Origin: a virus
UHGV virus genome: UHGV-1765841
Direction: 5' to 3' (one strand)
Length of the DNA stretch: 13,757 bases
Shown: one piece after another, positions 7,747 to 13,757 of the stretch
Layout: each line of letters opens with the position of its first letter
Numbering within the stretch: position 1 is the first letter of the stretch
Program-made: the position numbers and the translations under genes
Notes under the pieces: model-generated
Database searches by the model: none
Seen by the model: only the letters and a program-made list of their open reading frames with translations
What the model was told of the DNA's origin: nothing

Positions 7747-7845
7747 GACTACCTCAGAAAAGTCGGGCGGTGGACGCCGGTACAGTGTCAGGTGATTCAC
7801 CCACACTGACCGGCGTGCCGCCCTGGCGCGGGGCGCATTCGGTTG

Positions 7846-8589
7846 TTAACTGGCTTTCTTTTTCGGGCGTCCACGTTTTGCCGGTGTCACGCTCCGGGTC
7901 TTACGCGGGGCGCGGGTGGCCGCTTTGGGCTGCGGCTCCGGCTTCGGTTTCAGCTCCCGCTCCAGTCGTTCAATCTCTTTTTTGACACCTGCCTGACAGT
8001 CGAGCTGTGTCGCACGTTGCAGGTGAGCCAGCGCACCGGCGGCATCACCACCATCACGCAGAAGCAGACCGGTGATTTTGTGCAGCTTTGCGCGCACTTC
8101 ATCAGGCATGTCAGCCGTGGCGGTCAGTTCAAGGGTCTCCGTCAGCAGGCGGGTATCCACAGACTCACCGGCAGCGTGGGCGCGCATGGCCGCTAGCGCC
8201 ACCTCCTCGGTGAACATGTATGGCGGGGTGCGGCGGTGTTTACCCGGCATGGTCAGACCGTACTTCAGGGCATAACGGGCAATCTCCAGCGCACCGCTAA
8301 TATCGCCGGTATCCAGACGCCACAGCATGACCGTCATCAGAATGTCATCCTGTGCACCTTTGCCCTGCTCCAGCACGCCGTTCACCCACGGCAACCAGAA
8401 CGGCAGCAGTTCGCGTTTTTTCGCGGCCTTCAGCTCTTTTGAATAAATCGCTTTCAGTGTGCGCTGGTCTGCGGCCAGCTTGACCAGCATCTGCTCATAG
8501 ACAGTTGCATGTCGCAGCGGGGCGGCGTCCCGCTGCGCGGTCATCGCTGCCGAGACCCGCATCATGTGGCGCTGTGCGGGACTCGTCAT
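7846..8589 (-). CDS. M: Terminase small (endonuclease) subunit gpM
   Basis: 247-aa ORF matching P2 gpM in size; GGGAG Shine-Dalgarno upstream of ATG 8589; strongly basic C-terminal tail (TRAPRKTRSVTPAKRGRPKKKAS). Confidence 0.92.
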   Translation of the reverse strand: MTSPAQRHMMRVSAAMTAQRDAAPLRHATVYEQMLVKLAADQRTLKAIYSKELKAAKKRELLPFWLPWVNGVLEQGKGAQDDILMTVMLWRLDTGDISGALEIARYALKYGLTMPGKHRRTPPYMFTEEVALAAMRAHAAGESVDTRLLTETLELTATADMPDEVRAKLHKITGLLLRDGGDAAGALAHLQRATQLDCQAGVKKEIERLERELKPKPEPQPKAATRAPRKTRSVTPAKRGRPKKKAS

Positions 8590-8592
8590 CGG

Positions 8593-9666
8593 TTACGCTC
8601 CCGGCTCTGCGGTCACTTTAGTCGGTGTGGAGAAGTCACCGACCTTAATTTTTTCCACCAGACAACCGGCGGCGTAGTCTTCCACCACGTAATCAATGTT
8701 CATTGACTCGTAGTTCTCCACGCGGTCGAGTTTCGGGTTTTCCACAATCACGCGGCGATGGCTGTCATCCATGTAGTAGATGGACAGGTTTTCCAGCTTT
8801 GTGATGAGCATCGCATCCGCCGGGAAGTACGGGACGCGTACCGCCGGCAGGTTACCGATGCGTTTCTGGCTGATGATGACGTCAGCGGCCAGCATTTCGC
8901 TGTTGTCCTGCTCCTTATTGACGATGGGGAAATACTTGTCCGCCAGTAGCTGACGCCCCACAATCACCACAAGGTCAGGGTCTTCCTGATACCACGGCTC
9001 AATCAGGTTATTGGTCGCATCCATCACCAGTGCATCAAGGCTGGCATAATCACCGCCCTTGCCCACGCGGATAACCTCAGAGGTGGTGCGGCCTTCCTCG
9101 TCAGTGACCTTGCTCATCACGCGCGCCGGGGCTTCATTGCGGTATTTCTGCAGCCAGCCGACCGCCACATCCTGCAGCATCGGATTGCTGCTGCGGTCAG
9201 AGGTTTCGGCACGCTTCACGCCGTTAAAACCGGCCATGATGAAATCAAGGGACTGGCGTTTGATAATGGCGTTACGGATACGGAGCTGGAAATCCTGATA
9301 ACGCGCCCACAGGTCAAGCGTTTTGTAGCGGATATAAAAATCGAAGTTAATCTGGTCGCATTCGTACTTGTTTGACGCCAGCTTCGAGAAGTCCTTCGGC
9401 TGACGCTCGGTGCCACCGGCGGTGTCGGTGGTGCTGGCGATGGAGCCGGTGACACCGATACCAATTTTTTCCCCTTTCATTTCGCTGACCGGCACAATAT
9501 TGATGCGGGTCAGAAAATCAGAGGACTCCTGCATGGTGTTCATCAGGGTCTGGGTGACCGACGGTTCAACGGTGAATTTTTTCGACACATCACCGGCGTC
9601 GATGCCGTTCAGTTCGGCAACACGGGACAGGTAGGCATTAAATTTAAAGCGGGTTTCCTGGCGCAT
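8593..9666 (-). CDS. N: Major capsid protein gpN
   Basis: 357-aa ORF, same length and near-identical sequence to the P2 gpN precursor; AGGAAA Shine-Dalgarno 7 nt upstream of ATG 9666. Confidence 0.95.
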   Translation of the reverse strand: MRQETRFKFNAYLSRVAELNGIDAGDVSKKFTVEPSVTQTLMNTMQESSDFLTRINIVPVSEMKGEKIGIGVTGSIASTTDTAGGTERQPKDFSKLASNKYECDQINFDFYIRYKTLDLWARYQDFQLRIRNAIIKRQSLDFIMAGFNGVKRAETSDRSSNPMLQDVAVGWLQKYRNEAPARVMSKVTDEEGRTTSEVIRVGKGGDYASLDALVMDATNNLIEPWYQEDPDLVVIVGRQLLADKYFPIVNKEQDNSEMLAADVIISQKRIGNLPAVRVPYFPADAMLITKLENLSIYYMDDSHRRVIVENPKLDRVENYESMNIDYVVEDYAAGCLVEKIKVGDFSTPTKVTAEPGA

Positions 9667-9724
9667 AGTTTTTCCTGAAATTAAGGGTTAATCGTGAAGG
9701 TTTTCCCGGACTGACTGACGCCGG

Positions 9725-10579
9725 TCAGCAGTTCGTCATCAGGGCGTCACCGCCACCACCGGTGGCCTTGCTGCGGCGCTGCTGGGTCAGACTTTCGGTG
9801 TGGTCGAGACTGTTTTTCAGGCGGGTGAATGCCTGACTGGTTTCATCCGCCCTGTCAGTCACATCCTGCTTAAGTGCGGAAAAGGCGTTTTCCATCTCAG
9901 CGAGGCGCTGCTCAGTGGCGCTCAGTTTTTCCTGCACATGTTCAGCGACAGCGGTCACCGCTTCATGCACGTCATTCAGACGGGCGTCATCGCTGGCCTG
10001 TTTGCGGCCAAAAATGGATTTCACCTTTTCGGTCAGGGCGGTGAACACGGTTTCAGGCAGGTCTTCAAATTCCAGCTCAACAGGCGTTGCCACTGAAATC
10101 AGGTTTTCAGGGCTTAATTTGAAGCGGTTCAGAGGGTTGTGTTTTGCCGTGCGGCAGAATTCCAGGTATTCCGTGCCGAGGCTTGCCGGGTCATCGGTGA
10201 CGGCCAGACCCACCAGATAACATTTGCCGGTGTTGGCAAAGTTCGGCTGAATTTCCATTGAGGTGTAGACCTTCTGCGCGGCCTTGTTCATCGCGATAAG
10301 GTCATCGGTCGGGGTGATTTTCGCAAACAGCGCCCATTTGCCTTTCAGCGCCGAATCATCGTCAATCTTTTCGGCCTTCAGTTCGACCACATCGCCATAA
10401 CGCTTAAAAATACCGTCAGGCAGGATGCCGCGCAGATGTTCCAGGTTAATGCGGCAACCATAGACTCGCGGGTCAAAGGTTTCGGCCATTTCCTGAATAT
10501 CCTGCGCACTGATGACACGCCCGTCACAGGTGTCACCCTCAACGCCGATACGAAAGAATTTTGAGACTTTTTTTGCCAT
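9725..10579 (-). CDS. O: Capsid scaffolding protein gpO (scaffold/protease)
   Basis: Six-frame ORF 9725-10645 trimmed to ATG at 10579 (AGGA upstream), giving 284 aa (MAKKVSKFFRIGVEGDTCDGR...), the size of P2 gpO. Confidence 0.9.
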   Translation of the reverse strand: MAKKVSKFFRIGVEGDTCDGRVISAQDIQEMAETFDPRVYGCRINLEHLRGILPDGIFKRYGDVVELKAEKIDDDSALKGKWALFAKITPTDDLIAMNKAAQKVYTSMEIQPNFANTGKCYLVGLAVTDDPASLGTEYLEFCRTAKHNPLNRFKLSPENLISVATPVELEFEDLPETVFTALTEKVKSIFGRKQASDDARLNDVHEAVTAVAEHVQEKLSATEQRLAEMENAFSALKQDVTDRADETSQAFTRLKNSLDHTESLTQQRRSKATGGGGDALMTNC

Positions 10580-10752
10580 TGTCAGGAGTCCTGAATAGTG
10601 ATTAGAGGAGTCACATGTCGGCATCAGTTTCCCGACGATGCGCATCCTCCGCCATCAGTCCCGGATGGCTTATCACTGACACAACAGCACCTTAGCGAAT
10701 CGCGGGGCGCGACTCAGTAGCCTTGCCGTGTATTCATCACGGCGAGGTATTC
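10580..10752. promoter_or_regulatory. Divergent late promoter region (P_O leftward and P_P rightward in P2 terms), expected to be Ogr/Delta-type activator dependent
   Basis: 173-bp intergenic region between divergently transcribed O and P. Contains a perfect 13-nt palindrome tcaggagtcctga (10582-10594) and the inverted repeat GTCGG-N10-CCGAC (10617-10636). Exact -10/-35 elements and start sites not resolved by eye. Confidence 0.5.
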
Positions 10753-12525
10753 ATGACCATCACCACAGACACCACTCTTTTACACGACCCGCGTCGTCAG
10801 GCGGCGCTGCTGTACTGGCAGGGATTTTCCGTGCCGCAGATTGCCGCCATGTTGCAGATGAAACGCCCGACGGTGCAGAGCTGGAAACAGCGCGACGGCT
10901 GGGACAGCGTTGCCCCCATCAGCCGTGTCGAAATGAGCCTGGAAGCGCGGCTGACCCAGCTCATCATCAAACCGCAGAAAACTGGCGGTGACTTCAAGGA
11001 AATTGACCTGCTGGGACGCCAGATTGAACGACTGGCACGGGTAAATCGCTACAGCCAGACCGGCAACGAGGCAGACCTTAATCCGAACGTCGCTAACCGC
11101 AACAAAGGCGGGCGGCGCAAACCGAAAAAGAATTTTTTCAGTGACGAAGCCATCGAAAAGCTGGAGCAGATTTTCTTTGAGCAGTCTTTCGACTATCAGT
11201 TGCACTGGTATCGCGCCGGGCTTGAGCACCGCATCCGCGATATCCTGAAATCCCGCCAGATTGGCGCGACATTTTATTTTTCCCGCGAGGCGCTGCTGCG
11301 CGCCCTGAAAACCGGTCATAACCAGATTTTTCTGTCGGCCAGTAAAACGCAGGCGTATGTGTTCCGCGAATACATCATCGCCTTTGCCCGTCTGGTTGAC
11401 GTTGACCTGACCGGTGACCCGATTGTCCTGGGCAATAACGGCGCAAAACTGATTTTTCTCGGCACCAACTCCAACACCGCGCAGAGCCATAACGGCGACC
11501 TGTACGTCGACGAGATTTTCTGGATCCCGAATTTTCAGGTACTGCGTAAGGTGGCATCAGGTATGGCCTCACAGAGTCACCTGCGTTCGACCTATTTCTC
11601 CACCCCGTCCACGCTGGCGCACGACGCCTACCCGTTCTGGTCGGGTGAACTGTATAACCGGGGACGCGCCAGCGCCGCCGAACGCGTGGAAATCGACGTC
11701 AGTCATAACGCCCTTGCCGGTGGGCTTCTCTGTGCGGACGGCCAGTGGCGACAGATTGTCACCATTGAGGACGCCCTGAAAGGTGGCTGCACGCTGTTCG
11801 ACATTGAGCAGCTCAAACGCGAAAACAGCGCCGACGATTTTAAAAACCTGTTCATGTGTGAATTTGTTGACGACAAGGCGTCGGTGTTCCCGTTCGAGGA
11901 GCTGCAACGCTGCATGGTCGACACGCTGGAAGAATGGGAAGACTATGCACCCTTTGCCGCCAATCCGTTCGGCTCCCGCCCGGTATGGATTGGTTACGAC
12001 CCGTCACACCGTGGCGACAGTGCCGGATGCGTGGTGCTGGCACCGCCGGTGGTGGCCGGTGGCAAATTCAGAATACTTGAGCGTCACCAGTGGAAAGGCA
12101 TGGACTTTGCCACTCAGGCTGAATCCATCCGCAAACTCACCGAAAAATACAACGTCGAATACATCGGTATTGATGCCACTGGCCTCGGTGTCGGCGTGTT
12201 CCAGCTCGTGCGCTCGTTCTATCCCGCCGCGCGCGACATCCGCTACACGCCGGAAATGAAAACCGCAATGGTGCTCAAGGCAAAAGACGTCATCCGCCGT
12301 GGCTGTCTGGAATATGACGTCAGCGCCACCGACATCACCAGCTCGTTTATGGCTATCCGCAAGACCATGACCAGCAGCGGACGCAGCGCCACCTATGAGG
12401 CCAGCCGCAGCGAGGAAGCCAGCCACGCCGACCTCGCCTGGGCAACCATGCACGCCCTGTTAAATGAGCCACTCACCGCCGGTATCAGCACTCCGCTGAC
12501 ATCCACCATTCTGGAGTTTTACTGA
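10753..12525 (+). CDS. P: Terminase large (ATPase) subunit gpP
   Basis: Six-frame ORF starts at TTG 10723 without a Shine-Dalgarno; trimmed to ATG 10753 (GAGG at 10744-10747), giving 590 aa (MTITTDTTLLHDP...), the size of P2 gpP. Stop TGA overlaps the Q start (TGATG). Confidence 0.93.
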   Translation: MTITTDTTLLHDPRRQAALLYWQGFSVPQIAAMLQMKRPTVQSWKQRDGWDSVAPISRVEMSLEARLTQLIIKPQKTGGDFKEIDLLGRQIERLARVNRYSQTGNEADLNPNVANRNKGGRRKPKKNFFSDEAIEKLEQIFFEQSFDYQLHWYRAGLEHRIRDILKSRQIGATFYFSREALLRALKTGHNQIFLSASKTQAYVFREYIIAFARLVDVDLTGDPIVLGNNGAKLIFLGTNSNTAQSHNGDLYVDEIFWIPNFQVLRKVASGMASQSHLRSTYFSTPSTLAHDAYPFWSGELYNRGRASAAERVEIDVSHNALAGGLLCADGQWRQIVTIEDALKGGCTLFDIEQLKRENSADDFKNLFMCEFVDDKASVFPFEELQRCMVDTLEEWEDYAPFAANPFGSRPVWIGYDPSHRGDSAGCVVLAPPVVAGGKFRILERHQWKGMDFATQAESIRKLTEKYNVEYIGIDATGLGVGVFQLVRSFYPAARDIRYTPEMKTAMVLKAKDVIRRGCLEYDVSATDITSSFMAIRKTMTSSGRSATYEASRSEEASHADLAWATMHALLNEPLTAGISTPLTSTILEFY

Positions 12526-13559
12526 TGAGCAAGAAAAAAGGGAAAACACCGCGACCTGCGGCAAAAACAATCACCGCCAGCGCCCCGAAAATGGAGGCAT
12601 TCACCTTTGGCGAGCCGGTGCCGGTACTCGACCGCCGTGACATTCTGGATTACGTCGAGTGCATCAGTAACGGCAGATGGTATGAGCCGCCGGTCAGCTT
12701 TACCGGTCTGGCAAAAAGCCTGCGTGCTGCCGTGCATCACAGCTCACCGATTTACGTCAAACGTAATATTCTGGCTTCAACGTTTATCCCGCACCCGTGG
12801 CTTTCCCAGCAGGATTTCAGCCGCTTTGTGCTGGATTTTCTGGTATTCGGTAATGCGTTTCTGGAAAAGCGTTACAGCACCACCGGTAAGGTCATCAGAC
12901 TGGAAACCTCACCGGCCAAATATACCCGTCGTGGTGTGGAGGAGGATGTTTACTGGTGGGTGCCGTCCTTCAACGAGCCGACAGCCTTCGCGCCCGGCTC
13001 CGTGTTTCACCTGCTGGAGCCGGATATTAATCAGGAGCTGTACGGCCTGCCGGAATATCTCAGCGCCCTTAACTCTGCCTGGCTGAATGAGTCGGCCACG
13101 CTGTTCCGCCGCAAGTATTACGAAAACGGCGCACATGCCGGATACATCATGTACGTCACCGATGCCGTGCAGGATCGCAACGATATCGAAATGCTCCGCG
13201 AAAACATGGTTAAGTCGAAAGGCCGCAACAACTTTAAAAATCTGTTTCTCTATGCCCCACAGGGGAAAGCCGACGGCATTAAAATTATCCCCCTCAGTGA
13301 AGTGGCGACGAAGGACGATTTTTTTAATATCAAAAAAGCCAGCGCCGCTGACCTGCTGGACGCGCACCGCATCCCCTTTCAGTTGATGGGGGGCAAGCCG
13401 GAGAACGTCGGGTCGCTGGGTGATATTGAGAAAGTGGCAAAGGTCTTTGTCCGCAATGAGCTTATCCCGTTACAGGACAGGATCCGCGAGATAAACGGCT
13501 GGCTCGGTCAGGAGGTCATCCGCTTTAAAAACTACTCACTGGACACTGACAACGGCTGA
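12525..13559 (+). CDS. Q: Portal (capsid vertex) protein gpQ
   Basis: 344-aa ORF, same length as P2 gpQ; ATG 12525 overlaps the P stop; followed by an intrinsic terminator and the cos site, as at the P2 left end. Confidence 0.93.
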   Translation: MSKKKGKTPRPAAKTITASAPKMEAFTFGEPVPVLDRRDILDYVECISNGRWYEPPVSFTGLAKSLRAAVHHSSPIYVKRNILASTFIPHPWLSQQDFSRFVLDFLVFGNAFLEKRYSTTGKVIRLETSPAKYTRRGVEEDVYWWVPSFNEPTAFAPGSVFHLLEPDINQELYGLPEYLSALNSAWLNESATLFRRKYYENGAHAGYIMYVTDAVQDRNDIEMLRENMVKSKGRNNFKNLFLYAPQGKADGIKIIPLSEVATKDDFFNIKKASAADLLDAHRIPFQLMGGKPENVGSLGDIEKVAKVFVRNELIPLQDRIREINGWLGQEVIRFKNYSLDTDNG

Positions 13560-13564
13560 ACATC

Positions 13565-13586
13565 GCCGCCTGCGGGCGGCTTTTTT
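13565..13586 (+). terminator. Rho-independent terminator downstream of Q
   Basis: GC stem gccgcc (13565-13570), loop tgcg, ggcggc (13575-13580), followed directly by TTTTTT (13581-13586); 6 nt after the Q stop codon. Confidence 0.65.
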
Positions 13587-13728
13587 ACAACCCGCCATCA
13601 CGCCCTCACACGCTCACCACCGCACAAAACAGCCCGCATACACACCAACGCCCCGGCGAACAATCTAAACGCCATCACGACGCGCTCAGACGCTGAAAAA
13701 ATAAAATCAGCACCACCGCCAGCGCGCA

Positions 13729-13747
13729 GTGCTTTCCCCGCCTCGCC
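13729..13747. other. cos site: 19-nt cohesive-end sequence of P2-type phages (joined form)
   Basis: gtgctttccccgcctcgcc at 13729-13747 is the exact reverse complement of GGCGAGGCGGGGAAAGCAC, the P2 cohesive end as I recall it. Position about 170 bp beyond the Q stop and orientation match the P2 left end. Sequence continues on both sides, so the ends are joined here. Confidence 0.7.
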
Positions 13748-13757
13748 CGCCCGCTTC

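Noticed and set aside
7747-7806. N-terminal extension of L from a GTG start (MWVNHLTLYRRPPPDFSEVV...)
   Set aside because: The codon at 7806 is GTG with no ribosome-binding site; the ATG at 7746 with GAGG upstream gives the 169-aa P2 gpL length.
9706-9728. Short inverted repeat (ctgac/gtcag) at the O stop codon in the N-O gap
   Set aside because: Only a 5-bp stem and no U-tract on the transcribed strand; not convincing as a terminator or regulatory hairpin.
10580-10645. N-terminal extension of O (MRIVGKLMPTCDSSNHYSGLLT...)
   Set aside because: It would consume the O/P divergent promoter region; the ATG at 10579 with AGGA upstream gives the 284-aa P2 gpO.
10723-10752. N-terminal extension of P from a TTG start (MPCIHHGEVF...)
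   Set aside because: No Shine-Dalgarno precedes the TTG, whereas the ATG at 10753 has GAGG at the right spacing and gives the 590-aa length expected for P2 gpP.
10780-11490. 236-aa - strand ORF antisense to the large terminase gene P, and similar antisense ORFs at 11569-11907, 12004-12453 and 12909-13367
   Set aside because: All lie inside and opposite to P or Q with no start-site signals; translations look like random GC-rich frames. Not supported as genes.
1-13757. Search for tRNA genes, CRISPR arrays, integrase, att sites or insertion sequences
   Set aside because: No direct repeat-spacer periodicity, no tRNA-like cloverleaf candidates and no recombinase-like ORFs were seen; the window is internal to the phage late region apart from the joined cos at its right edge.

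Overview
The window is an almost complete late (morphogenesis and lysis) region of a P2-like (Peduovirus-type) temperate phage or prophage of Enterobacteriaceae, lying in reverse orientation to the canonical P2 map. I found no obvious novel or defence-type system in this window; the most divergent element is the C-terminal half of the tail fibre. Gene identities rest on my recognition of the translated ORFs as close homologues of P2 proteins (order, lengths, N-termini); nothing was searched against a database. Gene order is colinear with P2 with no inserted cargo genes: Q (portal) and P (large terminase) on the + strand, then on the - strand O, N, M, L, X, Y, K, lysA, lysB, lysC, R, S, V, W, J, I, H. 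Genes are tightly packed, many with ATGA/TGATG stop-start overlaps. Several six-frame ORFs are N-terminally over-extended (non-ATG starts); I trimmed them to ATG starts with Shine-Dalgarno sequences. Downstream of Q there is an intrinsic terminator, an A+C-rich tract, and an exact match to the reverse complement of the 19-nt P2 cohesive end as I recall it (13729-13747), so the window ends about 10 bp past cos. Other observations are an overlapped spanin pair, dyad symmetries in the M-L and O/P intergenic regions, and an AT-hook-like tail on the small terminase. The known variable cargo loci of P2-like phages lie just outside both ends of the window.
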